Part shown: piece by piece, positions 31,835-41,447 of the stretch | Position numbering within the stretch: the first letter of the stretch is position 1 | Layout of the letters: each line of letters starts with the position of its first letter | From: an uncultured Actinomycetota bacterium | GTDB taxonomy: Bacteria > Actinomycetota > Actinomycetes > Mycobacteriales > Pseudonocardiaceae | NCBI GenBank assembly: GCA_963771775.1 | Contig: CAVYUS010000014.1 | Location: 63,457-127,456 of the forward strand | Direction of reading: 5' to 3' | DNA length: 64,000 nt | The notes under the pieces: generated by a model | Told to the model about the DNA's origin: nothing | The model's database searches: none | What the model saw: only the letters and a program-made list of their open reading frames with translations | Made by a program: the position numbers and the translations under genes

Positions 31835-32610
31835 CCTTCGCCCCGGAATGGCTGGCACTGCGGGAGAAAGCGGACGCACAGGCACGCTCGACAGAGCTGG
31901 TCGACGTGGTCCGCGCAACTCTGGTGAACCGAAACCCCCTGACGATCCGTGACCTGGGGTGTGGCACAGGATCGATGGGACGATGGCTCGCCGGGAGGCT
32001 CGGCGGCGTACAGCACTGGGTGCTGCACGACCGCGACCCCCGGCTGCTCAGGCTGGCGGAGGCCAGCATGAGCGAGCTGAAGGACGTCACCGCCGAGACA
32101 CGTCAGGGTGATCTCACGTCCCTGACCGCCGCTGACCTCGCGGGCGCTGACCTGGTCACTTGCTCCGCATTGCTCGACTTGCTCACTACTGACGAGATGA
32201 ACGCTCTGGCGGTTGCATGCGTAGAAGCACATGTGCCCGCACTGTTCACGCTCTCGGTGGCAGGCCGGATCGAGTTCGACCCGGCCGAACCGCTCGATGC
32301 TGCCTTCCAGGACGCGTTCAACGCTCACCAGCGCCGCGTCGTGGACGGGCGCAGGCTCCTCGGACCGGACGCCCCAGCCGCTGCTGAAGAAGCATTCGTG
32401 GCAGCCGGCGCTTCGGTTCGAACGGCACAGAGCCCCTGGCGCACGAATGCCGACGCCCTGCAGAGGGAATGGCTCAAGGGCTGGGTCGACGCGGCGGTCG
32501 AGCAGGAACCCGCACTCGCCGGGGAGGCATCTGAGTACCTGCGCCGCAGGTCAGAGGCTTCCGCGGTGATCCACCACGTCGACCTGCTAGCGATACCGAG
32601 GGCTGACTGA
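31831..32610 (+). CDS. SAM-dependent methyltransferase
   Basis: WLALREKAD, DLGCGTGS, SALLDL, FNAHQRR; ATGA overlap. Confidence 0.85.
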   Translation: MTFAPEWLALREKADAQARSTELVDVVRATLVNRNPLTIRDLGCGTGSMGRWLAGRLGGVQHWVLHDRDPRLLRLAEASMSELKDVTAETRQGDLTSLTAADLAGADLVTCSALLDLLTTDEMNALAVACVEAHVPALFTLSVAGRIEFDPAEPLDAAFQDAFNAHQRRVVDGRRLLGPDAPAAAEEAFVAAGASVRTAQSPWRTNADALQREWLKGWVDAAVEQEPALAGEASEYLRRRSEASAVIHHVDLLAIPRAD

Positions 32611-33588
32611 TGAATGACCAAAAGAAGAGAACACTATGGCCGTGGCTTCGCCTGCTGTTGGCCGTGGCGATCTTGGTCGTTCTGGGCCTGCGCCTGGGCA
32701 CGGGGGCCTTCCTCGACGGACTGCGCGCGATCGACGCGTTCTCCGTCGCCGCCGCACTGGCGATCGGGTTCGCGACGACCCTGCTCAGCGCCGGTCGCTG
32801 GGTGCTCGTCGCGCGCCGCCTCGGCCTGTCGCTGTCCATGCGTACTGCGGTCAGCGACTACTACCGCGCACTGCTCGTCAACGCCGTGCTGCCCGCGGGC
32901 GTGCTCGGCGACGTGCACCGCGCGGTCAACCACGGCCGTGCAGTCGGGCGATGTCGGACGTGGCGTGCGCGCCGTGTTCTTCGAGCGCTTCGCCGGCCAG
33001 TTCGTGCTGATCGGGATCGGGCTCGCGGTGCTGCTCACGCACCCCGCGCCCGGCCTCGACCTCGCGCCGAACGGCACCACCGCCGCACTCGTCCTCGCCG
33101 GTCTGGTGGCCGCCGCGGTCATCGGCTGGCAGGTCGGGCCGGTGCGGAAAGTGCTGGTCAACACCCTCGCGGACGGCATCCGCCTGCTGTCGCTGAAGAC
33201 GTGGCCCGCGGTCGTCGGGCTGTCGGCCGCGACCGTCGCCGGATACGTGGCGATGTTCCTGGTCGCCGCCCGCGCGGCCGGGTCGGACGCCACGATCACG
33301 CAGCTCGCCCCGGTCGTCGTGCTGGCGCTGCTGATCATGGCGATCCCGGTGAACATCGGCGGGTTCGGGCCGCGCGAGGCGTTCCTCGCGGTGGCGTTCG
33401 GTGCCGCCGGGCTGGGTGCCCAGCAGGGCTTCACCACCGGCATCGTCTACGGCGTGCTGGCACTGATCGCGGCCCTGCCCGGCGCGGTCGTGCTCTTCCT
33501 GTCACGCCGTACCAAGGTCGAAGAGGCCGAGGTAGTGGCCGAACGACTCGGCCAGCCCCGCGAGCAGCAGCTCGCCCTTGCGCGCTGA
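32610..33588 (+). CDS. Lysylphosphatidylglycerol-synthase TM domain (flippase-like) protein; frameshift near 32935
   Basis: RW, NAVLPAGVLGDVHRA, then VFFERFAG, IPVNIGGFGPRE. Confidence 0.8.
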
Positions 33589-34194
33589 CGCGAGCGAAGG
33601 ACGCCCGATGACGCCGGAGGACGTGTACGGCGCCAGCCCCAGGGTGAGCATGTGCCGCCGGTCCTCCGCCAGGTGATCGGCGGTCTCGTAGCCGGGACGA
33701 ATCAGATCGGGGTGAGCGTGCAAGAGAATCGACGTCTCCAGCTCACCCGCGTGCATGTCGCTGTACGCCGAAGTCTCGATGCCGGCCTTCTCCCGCGCGA
33801 ACGCCCAGTCGTCGCGGCCGGGAAACAGGGCCAGGCCTTCACCTTCCTGCACGATGTTCGACAGCACGTAGTTGCCGCCGTGGCCGTTGACCAGCACGAG
33901 ATGACGAACTCCGTTGCGCCGCAAAGAGTCCGCGATGTCCGTGACCACTGAGATCAACGTGCGCGCGGTGATGCTGACGGTGCCCGGCCAGTCGGCGTGT
34001 TCCTGTGAGCACGAGAACTGGATCGGCGGCAGCAGCCGGACCGGGTGCGCCTTCGAGATCTCCGACGCGATGGTCCACGCGATCACCGAGTCGGTGGCCA
34101 GCGGCAGGTGCGGGCCGTGCTGCTCGGTGCTGCCGACCGGGAGCACGGCCACGCGCTGCCCGCGGACGTCGACCGTGGTGTCACTGGGAAACAT
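33502..34194 (-). CDS. Creatininase-family amidohydrolase (ArfB-like deformylase candidate)
   Basis: LPVGSTEQHGPHLPLATD, EH, NGHGGN, HAGELETS, SGVIG. Confidence 0.9.
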   Translation of the reverse strand: MFPSDTTVDVRGQRVAVLPVGSTEQHGPHLPLATDSVIAWTIASEISKAHPVRLLPPIQFSCSQEHADWPGTVSITARTLISVVTDIADSLRRNGVRHLVLVNGHGGNYVLSNIVQEGEGLALFPGRDDWAFAREKAGIETSAYSDMHAGELETSILLHAHPDLIRPGYETADHLAEDRRHMLTLGLAPYTSSGVIGRPSLASARKGELLLAGLAESFGHYLGLFDLGTA

Positions 34195-35179
34195 GGGGCT
34201 CACCGTAGTCAACGGGGCTGTAGTCAACGCGGTGGCACAGCGCCGGAATCTCGCCGTCGACCAGCTTCGGCATGACGTCCGGGAGCTCCTCGAACGCGCT
34301 GGAACCGGTGATGAGCGCGTCGAACCGGTCGTCGGCCAGCAGATCGAGCGCCAGCGCCATGCGTTCGGCGTAGGTGCGGTCCGGGCGGCCGACCACACCG
34401 ACCTGGCTGCTGCGGATCGTCAGCCGGCGCGAGTGGAAGTACTCGCCCAGCGGCAGGGCGATCTTCCGGTCCCCGTACCAGCTCAGCTCGACGACCCGGC
34501 CCTCCGGCGCGAGCAGGTTCAGCGCGGTGGTGAGGCCGGGTTCCGTTGCGCTGGCGTGGAATACGAGGTCGCAGCCGTCGAGAGCGTTGGCCGGCAAGGC
34601 GAATCCGATCCCCAGCCGTCGAGCGACCGTCTCGCGAGCAGGATCGGCGTCCACGAGCTGGACCCGCGCGCCCGGGAAGGTGGCCAGGACGGCCGCGATG
34701 CTCGAACCGACCATGCCGCCACCGACCACCGCGATCCGGTCACCGATCAGCGGATGCGCGTCCCACACCGCGTTCACGGCCGTCTCGACGGTGCCCGCGA
34801 GCACCGCGCGAGCCGCCGGAACCCGGTCGGGCACCGGCGTCACGGCGCTCTCCGGGACCACGTAACGAGTCTGATGTGGATAGAGGCAGAACACGGTGCG
34901 CCCGCGCAGTTTTTCGGGACCGTGTTCAACCACGCCCACGTTGAGGTACCCGTACTTGACCGGCCACGGGAAGTCACCCTCCTGGAAAGGGGCGCGCATC
35001 GCCGCGTACTGGTTCTCCGGCACCCCACCGCGGAAGACGAGCGTCTCCGTTCCTCGGCTGACGCCCGAGAACAGCGTGCGCACCTCGACCTCACCGGGAC
35101 CGGGCTCGGCCAGTGTGACCTGCCGAACCTCCCCGTTTCCCGATTCGTTGAGCCAAAAGGCACTCGCCGTACGTGTCAC
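34181..35179 (-). CDS. MDR-family zinc-binding dehydrogenase
   Basis: SGVSRGTE, PVKYGY, YPHQ, ETAVN, GGGMVG, SWYG, SSQV. Confidence 0.85.
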   Translation of the reverse strand: MTRTASAFWLNESGNGEVRQVTLAEPGPGEVEVRTLFSGVSRGTETLVFRGGVPENQYAAMRAPFQEGDFPWPVKYGYLNVGVVEHGPEKLRGRTVFCLYPHQTRYVVPESAVTPVPDRVPAARAVLAGTVETAVNAVWDAHPLIGDRIAVVGGGMVGSSIAAVLATFPGARVQLVDADPARETVARRLGIGFALPANALDGCDLVFHASATEPGLTTALNLLAPEGRVVELSWYGDRKIALPLGEYFHSRRLTIRSSQVGVVGRPDRTYAERMALALDLLADDRFDALITGSSAFEELPDVMPKLVDGEIPALCHRVDYSPVDYGEPHVSQ

Positions 35180-35208
35180 TCACAACACCTCCGCCGCACG
35201 AAGTCCAC

Positions 35209-35379
35209 CAAGGGTCTGTTTCTTGGATCCGTGTTCGCGATAGCCGGGGCTGAGGCGGCCCCTGGGGGCACGGACGAGAGGCCCACATACAACAGCGGTA
35301 TGCGGGCCTGTCGCCCGCACCGCCAGGAACCACCTCAGCCGCGACTCTCATCGAACGAGATCCAAGAAACAGACCCTAG
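35209..35379. mobile_element. ~170 bp fold-back repeat element (MITE-like), copy 2
   Basis: 19 bp perfect inverted repeat AGGGTCTGTTTCTTGGATC; core nearly identical to copy 1. Confidence 0.75.
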
Positions 35380-35388
35380 GGGCACCGA

Positions 35389-36174
35389 ATGATCACACTT
35401 CAGCACACCAGGAGGCTTGCTGACGGAACGCGGGGGCCCCGCGTTTCCTCCAGGGGAACACGGGGCCCCCGCGTTCCCTGGGAGCCCGCCGTCTGGGCGG
35501 GTCTTCAGGTCGTCCTGCTGGGCGTGGTCGGTGCCACGACCGGTCTCGGTCCGCTGGGCTGGGCCGCCGGGCTCGCCTACGGGTTCGCCACCTGGGCCTT
35601 CCTCGGCTACGGCATGCAGCGGCACCGCGCGGCCGCGCTGGGGCCCGCTGATCGGGTGACCCTGGCCCGTGGGCTGATGGTCGGTGCCGTGACCGCGCTG
35701 GTCGCGGACCGCGCCGGTCAGGACGTGCCGGTCACGCTGGTCGTGACGCTCGCGGCGGTCGCGTTGTCACTCGACTGGGTGGACGGCCAGGTCGCCCGCC
35801 GCACCGGCACCTCGACCCCGCTGGGTGCGCGGTTCGACATGGAGGTCGACGCGTTCCTGATCCTGGTGCTGAGCGCGTACGTGGCCGTGCACATGGGTCC
35901 CTGGGTGCTCGCGATCGGGCTCATGCGGTACGTGTTCGTGGCCGCGTCCTGGCGTTTTCGCTGGATGAACGCGCCGCTGCCGCCGAGCTACGCCCGCAAG
36001 GTCGTGGCCGCGGTGCAGGGCATCTTCCTCGTCGTGGCGGCGTCGGGCGTCATTCCGTTCGCGGCTGTCGTCGTCGGTCTCGCGCTGGCATCGCTCGTGT
36101 GGTCGTTCGGCCGCGATGTGCTCTGGCTGTGGCGGCACGCCAGGGTTTCGGTGGGAGGATCCCGGCATGTCTGA
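35389..36174 (+). CDS. CDP-alcohol phosphatidyltransferase family protein
   Basis: ADRVTLAR; DWVDGQVARRTG..TPLGARFDMEVD signature. Confidence 0.9.
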   Translation: MITLQHTRRLADGTRGPRVSSRGTRGPRVPWEPAVWAGLQVVLLGVVGATTGLGPLGWAAGLAYGFATWAFLGYGMQRHRAAALGPADRVTLARGLMVGAVTALVADRAGQDVPVTLVVTLAAVALSLDWVDGQVARRTGTSTPLGARFDMEVDAFLILVLSAYVAVHMGPWVLAIGLMRYVFVAASWRFRWMNAPLPPSYARKVVAAVQGIFLVVAASGVIPFAAVVVGLALASLVWSFGRDVLWLWRHARVSVGGSRHV

Positions 36175-36574
36175 GCAGACCTCAACCGCGGCGAAGGTCG
36201 GCAACATCGTCGTCTGGATCCTGCAGATCCTGCTGGCCGTCCAGTTCGTCATGAACGGCTACGCGTTGTTCACCGACCAGTTCGTCGCCAAGTTCGACGA
36301 CATCGGCTTCGGCCAGTGGTTCCGCTACTTCACCGGCGTGCTGGAGATCGGCACCGCGCTGGGCCTCCTGGTGCCGCGGATCTGCGGCATCGCGGCGCTG
36401 GCGCTGGCGGGCATCATGGGCGGTGCCGCGCTCACCGAGCTCTTCCTGGTGACCAACGGCGGCTTCAAGGCCGCGACGATGCCGATCATCTTCATGGTGT
36501 GGGCGCTGGTGATCGCGACCTACCGCCGGGAGCAGATCTTCGGCCTTCTTTCCGCCGTCACGGGGAAGAAGTGA
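36167..36574 (+). CDS. DoxX-like membrane protein
   Basis: WILQILLA, GFGQWFRYFTGVLE, GLLVPR. Confidence 0.8.
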   Translation: MSEQTSTAAKVGNIVVWILQILLAVQFVMNGYALFTDQFVAKFDDIGFGQWFRYFTGVLEIGTALGLLVPRICGIAALALAGIMGGAALTELFLVTNGGFKAATMPIIFMVWALVIATYRREQIFGLLSAVTGKK

Positions 36575-37217
36575 CCTTCGGGAAGTAGCGCAGAACAGCG
36601 ACGTCCCCGACTTTCGTGACGTCCTCCAGGTGGAATCGGCGAGCCGGTCCACCGGGGAATTCGGCGGGATTCACGAAACGCGGGGCCGTCGCCTGTCCGA
36701 TCAGCATCGGCGCGACCGCGATCCTGATCTCGTCCGCCAGTCCCGCTTGCAGGAACGCGGTGTGAATGCTCGTGCCGCCTTCGACCATGAGCCTTCTCAC
36801 ACCGCGTTCTCCCAGATCGTCCAGAATGTCTGAGAAATCGCTGAAGGTTTTCGTTTCGGCGAGGTGGTCCACGGTGGTCGGAGCGCTCGCCGTGTAGACC
36901 AGCCGCTCCCCGCCGCAGTGCCAAAATCGCAGCTCAGGGTCCAGCTGACCCTTTCTGGTGACGACGACCCGCAGTGGGAACTCCGGCTTGCCGTCCGCTA
37001 TTCTCCGCGCACGCCGCTCGTCGCTGTAGACGAGCAGGCGTGCGTTGTCACGACGCAGCGTCTCGGCCCCGGCCAGAATCGCGTCCGACTCCGCGCGCAT
37101 CCGGTCGACGTGGTCGAAGTCCTCGGCGTTGGAAAGCGGAAACCTCTCGGTGCCGCGATCGTCGATGTGGCCGTCGAGGCTGACGGCGACGCTCAGCAGA
37201 ACGTGCGGGCGGGTCAC
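36558..37217 (-). CDS. RibD C-terminal (pyrimidine reductase/DHFR-like) protein without deaminase domain
   Basis: AVSLDG, R..SDAILAGAETLRRDN, LMVEGG, APMLIG. Confidence 0.88.
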   Translation of the reverse strand: MTRPHVLLSVAVSLDGHIDDRGTERFPLSNAEDFDHVDRMRAESDAILAGAETLRRDNARLLVYSDERRARRIADGKPEFPLRVVVTRKGQLDPELRFWHCGGERLVYTASAPTTVDHLAETKTFSDFSDILDDLGERGVRRLMVEGGTSIHTAFLQAGLADEIRIAVAPMLIGQATAPRFVNPAEFPGGPARRFHLEDVTKVGDVAVLRYFPKVTSSP

Positions 37218-37295
37218 AGGGGCTGAGGCTACCCGAGTTGAACCGGGTGCGGGTTGTGCCGCGTTTACCTCATAGGTAGGGAAAGGGGAATCTCG

Positions 37296-38876
37296 GTGAG
37301 GATGTTGCTGCGGCGGACGGCCACGATCTTGGCGGCGCTGTTCGTGTTGTTCGTGCTCATCGCACCGAGCGACCTGGAGAAGTTCACGTTCGAGGCGTTC
37401 CTGCGGGTGCCGCTCGAAGGCCTCGTGGGCGTGCTGGTGCTGATGCTGCTGCCGGACCGGTTTCGCCGGCCCGCGGCCGTCGTCGTCGGCGTCGCGCTGG
37501 GGCTGTTCACGGTCGTCAAGATCATGGACATCGGCTTCGACATGGTGCTGTACCGGCCGTTCGACCTGGTGCTGGACTGGCCGCTGCTGGCACCCGCCCT
37601 CGACTTCGTGGACGTGACGTTCGGCCGGCTCGCCTCCGTCCTGGCCGTGGTGTGCACGGCGGCGCTGGTCCTGGCCATCGTGTTCGTGGCCGCGGTCTCC
37701 GTGCTGAGGCTCAGTTCCGTCGCCGCGCAGCGGCGCCCGACCGCGGTCCGGGCCGTGGCGCTGGCCGCCGTGGCGTGTCTTTCCCTGGCTGTGCCGGGAG
37801 TTCCGGTGTACTCCGATGCCGCCGCGACGTCGCTGGTGGATCACGCGCGCCGCTTCCAGGCCGGGCTGCACGACCAGGACGTGTTCGCCGAGGAGGCGGC
37901 CGTCGACTCGTACCGCGGGCATCCCGGGCTGCTGTCCTCGTTGCAGGGCAAGGACGTCGTCTTCACGTTCGTCGAGAGCTACGGCAAGTCGGCGCTCGAC
38001 ATGCCCGCCGTGTCCGCGAAGCTCGCCAACGGCAACGAGCGGCTGAAGGCGGCCGGGTACAACGCGAAGTCGGCGTACCTGACCTCACCCACGGCCGGTG
38101 GCGGCAGCTGGATGGCGCAGGCGACGCTGCTGTCCGGGTTGTGGATCGACAACCAGCAGCGGTACCGCAACCTGGTGGCGAGCGACCGGCTCACGTTGCC
38201 GCGCGCGTTCCGCGAGGCGTCGTGGCGTTCGGTCGGTGTCGTTCCCGGCATCACGCAGGCGTGGCCCGAAGGGGATTTCTTCCACTACAACGAGATCTAC
38301 GACGCCGCCGGCCTGGGCTACAAGGGTCCGCGGTTCGGCTACGCGACGACGCCGGACCAGTTCACCTTGGAGTCCTTCCAACGAGCTGAGCGCTCGAAGG
38401 CGCACGGGCCGGTGATGGCCGCGATCCCGATGGTGTCCTCGCACGCGCCGTGGTCGCCCACGCCCGACTCGGTGGAGTGGGACAAGCTGGGCGACGGCTC
38501 GATCTACGGCACCATGCCCGCCTCGAACGACCCACCGGAGTCGATCTTCGGCCGCGACCCGGCCGCGGTGCGCGCCGACTACGCGCACTCCGTGTCGTAC
38601 TCGCTGGAGTCGGTGATCTCCTACGTCGAGCGCTACGGCGACGAGAACCTGGTCTTCGTCTTCCTCGGCGACCACCAGCCGGCCCAGATGGTGACCGGCG
38701 AGGGAGCTTCCCGGGACGTGCCGATCACCATCGTGGCGAAGGACCCGGCCGTGCTGTCGCGCGTCGAGTCCTGGCGGTGGGACGACGGGATCAAGCCGGG
38801 AGGGTCGGCCCCGGTGTCGCGGATGAGCGACTTCCGGGACCAGTTCCTCTCGGCCTTCTCGCCGCCGCGACCCTGA
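37296..38876 (+). CDS. Membrane-anchored alkaline-phosphatase/sulfatase-superfamily protein (LTA-synthase-like topology)
   Basis: About 5 N-terminal TM segments, then FVESYG, SPTAGGGSW, SSHAPW, LGDHQP. Confidence 0.75.
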   Translation: MRMLLRRTATILAALFVLFVLIAPSDLEKFTFEAFLRVPLEGLVGVLVLMLLPDRFRRPAAVVVGVALGLFTVVKIMDIGFDMVLYRPFDLVLDWPLLAPALDFVDVTFGRLASVLAVVCTAALVLAIVFVAAVSVLRLSSVAAQRRPTAVRAVALAAVACLSLAVPGVPVYSDAAATSLVDHARRFQAGLHDQDVFAEEAAVDSYRGHPGLLSSLQGKDVVFTFVESYGKSALDMPAVSAKLANGNERLKAAGYNAKSAYLTSPTAGGGSWMAQATLLSGLWIDNQQRYRNLVASDRLTLPRAFREASWRSVGVVPGITQAWPEGDFFHYNEIYDAAGLGYKGPRFGYATTPDQFTLESFQRAERSKAHGPVMAAIPMVSSHAPWSPTPDSVEWDKLGDGSIYGTMPASNDPPESIFGRDPAAVRADYAHSVSYSLESVISYVERYGDENLVFVFLGDHQPAQMVTGEGASRDVPITIVAKDPAVLSRVESWRWDDGIKPGGSAPVSRMSDFRDQFLSAFSPPRP

Positions 38877-38879
38877 ATC

Positions 38880-39398
38880 TCAGCCCATCGTCTTCTGGCC
38901 GTCGATCGTCTCGCGGATGATGTCCGCGTGGCCCGCGTGCTGCGAGGTCTCGGCCACGATGTGCACGAACACGCGCCGCGCCGACCACGTCTTGCCCTCG
39001 GGGAACCACGGCGCGGCCGGCAGCGGGTGCGAGAGGTCCATGTCGACCGTCTCGACGAGCCTGTCGGTGTAGGCCGCGATCTCGTTGTACCGCGCGATGA
39101 TGCCTTCGAGGGTCTCGCCCGGCGCCATCCGGAAGGTCGCCGCGTGGTTCTCGTAGTCCTCCGATTCGGGGTCGGTCTCCATGGCCGACGTGCCCTGCTC
39201 GATGAACTTGACCCAGCTCTCCTCGACGGTCGCGACGTGCTTGATGAGGCCGCCGATGCACAGCGCGCTGGCCGTCGGGCTGGAGGCGGCCTGCTCGTCG
39301 GTGAGGCCCTGCGCGGTGAACGTCAGGAACCAGCGGTGCTGCCGGAGGGTCTCCAGGAGGTCCGCGCGCTCGCCGGTGAGGATCTCGGTGCTGGTCAT
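38880..39398 (-). CDS. DinB/DUF664 family protein
   Basis: GGLIKHV..VE..W, HIVAETSQHAGHADIIRETIDG. Confidence 0.88.
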   Translation of the reverse strand: MTSTEILTGERADLLETLRQHRWFLTFTAQGLTDEQAASSPTASALCIGGLIKHVATVEESWVKFIEQGTSAMETDPESEDYENHAATFRMAPGETLEGIIARYNEIAAYTDRLVETVDMDLSHPLPAAPWFPEGKTWSARRVFVHIVAETSQHAGHADIIRETIDGQKTMG

Positions 39399-39543
39399 CG
39401 CTCTGTCCTTCGCTCGTTTGTCCCGACATGAAGGACTGTATGACCACTTGAGGTCAGCTTGTGTCCTAGACGAGGGGCCGCTCTAGCGATATTCGAGCGA
39501 GATTCGAGCGATTCTGCGCTGACCTGTGCTCACGGACGGTGAC

Positions 39544-39750
39544 TCAACCGAAAGTGCCTCGGTCGAGGTAGCCGTCGTCGGGCCGGTCGACCCGGCCGCC
39601 GCCCTCCTCGGTCTCCTCGATGTGCATGGCGGTCTCCTCGGGCGCGGAGACGTAGTCACCCTCGCCCGCCGCGACGGCGATCGCGTCCGGCTCGTCGTCG
39701 ACGAGCTCGCCACCGCCGCCCGGAGTAGTGAACTGCTCGTGTTCGGTCAT
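39544..39750 (-). CDS. Small acidic protein (DUF5709-like)
   Basis: APEETAMH motif; GAGGG RBS. Confidence 0.55.
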   Translation of the reverse strand: MTEHEQFTTPGGGGELVDDEPDAIAVAAGEGDYVSAPEETAMHIEETEEGGGRVDRPDDGYLDRGTFG

Positions 39751-39819
39751 GCCCTCGTGTTTCCGACAAGCCGCACACGCAAACGTCAGCAGGTCGTTCG
39801 TGAGCGTTAGGGTCGGAAC

Positions 39820-40389
39820 ATGATCGCCGGCGACCTGAACCGCTACCTTCAGGAATCACGTGACGCCGTTCTATCCACTTTGGACGGACTGGGTGAGTGC
39901 GACGTCCGCCGCCCGCTCGTGCCCAGTGGTACCAACCTGCTCGGTCTGGTCAAGCACCTGATCGGCATCGAGTTCGGCTACCTCGGCGACTCCGCCGGCC
40001 GGCCCGCGCCGGTCAAGCTGCCTTGGGCCGAGGACGGGTCGATCTGGGAGAACGGCGACATGTGGGCCAAGCCGGAAGAGACCCGCGAGTACCTGGTCGA
40101 CCTCTATCGCCGGTCGTGGCAGCACTCCGACGAGTCGATCGCGCGACTGCCGCTGGACGCACCGGCGTCGGTGCCGTGGTGGCCGGAGCACAAGCGCCAG
40201 ACGACGTTCGGGCACCTGCTCGTCCGGGTCGTGGCGGAGACCGCGCAGCACGCGGGTCACTGCGACATCGTGCGCGAGCTGATCGACGGCCGGTCCGGCG
40301 CGGACAACCCCGAGGGCTACTACGACCTGGTCCTGAGCATGGCGAGCGCCCCGATCACCGGTCCCGGCACCAGCAGCAAGAACGCGTAA
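39820..40389 (+). CDS. DinB/DUF664 family protein
   Basis: PSGTNLLGLVKHL, ETAQHAGHCDIVRELIDG. Confidence 0.85.
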   Translation: MIAGDLNRYLQESRDAVLSTLDGLGECDVRRPLVPSGTNLLGLVKHLIGIEFGYLGDSAGRPAPVKLPWAEDGSIWENGDMWAKPEETREYLVDLYRRSWQHSDESIARLPLDAPASVPWWPEHKRQTTFGHLLVRVVAETAQHAGHCDIVRELIDGRSGADNPEGYYDLVLSMASAPITGPGTSSKNA

Positions 40390-41447
40390 CGCCAGGTCAC
40401 CACGTCGGCCAGCAACGGAACGAGCTGGATGCTGACCACCGTCAGCCCGAACCCGACGGCGGTCAGCGCGGTGAGCGCCGTGCCGACGTAGCGCGGGTCG
40501 GCGACCTCGCTCAACGACGCCGAGAACACCCCGGAGTCGGCGATCACCGACGCACCCCACACCGCGCAGAACGCGATCAGCAGCGGCGACCCGAAAGCAA
40601 GCGGCGAGAGCAGGCAACAGGTTCCGCTCACCGCCAGCGCCCCGACGGCGGCGGGCGCGCGGCCGAACCGGTCCGCCGCCCAGCCGCCGATCAGGCAACC
40701 GGCGAACCCGGCCACGCCCATCGTCAGGAACACGGTGAGACCGGCCGGGGCCTGCGCGCTCAACAGAAAAGTCGGCAGCCACGTCCACAGCGCGTACAGC
40801 TCCCACATGTGCCCGAAGTAGCCGAGGTTCACCAGCCGCGGCTTGCGTTCGCGGAACATCTGCACGGCGTAGCGCGGGTTGAGCTGCGCGGTCGTCGCGG
40901 TCAGGAACGGCCCCGGCCGCACGACGAAGAACGCGACCAGCGCGCCCAGGAAGGCGATCCCGGCAGCGGTCAGGAGCAACTCACGCCACGGCAGCCGCCC
41001 GAACACGTGGGGGAGCGCCGATCCCAGCGTCAGCGCCCCGATCAGCACCCCCAGTGCCCGGCCGCGGTTCGAGCTGTCCGACCAGGACGCCATCAGCTTC
41101 ATGCCGACCGGGTAGACGCCGGCCAGCGCGACACCGGTGAGGAACCGGAGCGGAATGGCCGCCCACAGCCCGTCCACGAACAACGCGAGCAGACCGGTGA
41201 ACATCGCGCCGGCCGTCGCGGAGAGCGCGAGCAGAAGATGTGGACGGACGCGGTCGGCCAGGTTGAGCACCGTGGCCCCGACCGCGCCGGTGACGAACCC
41301 GAGCTGCACGGACGCCGTCAGCCACACCGCCGCGCCCGCGCTGATTCCCCACTCGTGCCGAAGCGATGGCACGACGGCGGACATCGAGAACCACACGGCC
41401 AGGCCCAGGACCTGGACGAGTGCGATGGCCGCCCGTTGGATCAGCAC
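40320..41447 (-). CDS. MFS transporter
   Basis: WFS, VQLGF, LAGVYPVGMK, GYFGHMWELYA, ADS. Confidence 0.85.
   Translation of the reverse strand: MLIQRAAIALVQVLGLAVWFSMSAVVPSLRHEWGISAGAAVWLTASVQLGFVTGAVGATVLNLADRVRPHLLLALSATAGAMFTGLLALFVDGLWAAIPLRFLTGVALAGVYPVGMKLMASWSDSSNRGRALGVLIGALTLGSALPHVFGRLPWRELLLTAAGIAFLGALVAFFVVRPGPFLTATTAQLNPRYAVQMFRERKPRLVNLGYFGHMWELYALWTWLPTFLLSAQAPAGLTVFLTMGVAGFAGCLIGGWAADRFGRAPAAVGALAVSGTCCLLSPLAFGSPLLIAFCAVWGASVIADSGVFSASLSEVADPRYVGTALTALTAVGFGLTVVSIQLVPLLADVVTWRYAFLLLVPGPVIGALAMLRTRS

Noticed and set aside
30778-32610. 610 aa glycosyltransferase-methyltransferase fusion
   Set aside because: It arises from a frameshift near 31745; the GT has its own tail and stop at 31834 overlapping the methyltransferase ATG
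29749-37217. Canonical riboflavin, queuosine or mycofactocin operon
   Set aside because: No ribE/ribH/ribB, queC/queE or mftA-D; RibD lacks the deaminase domain
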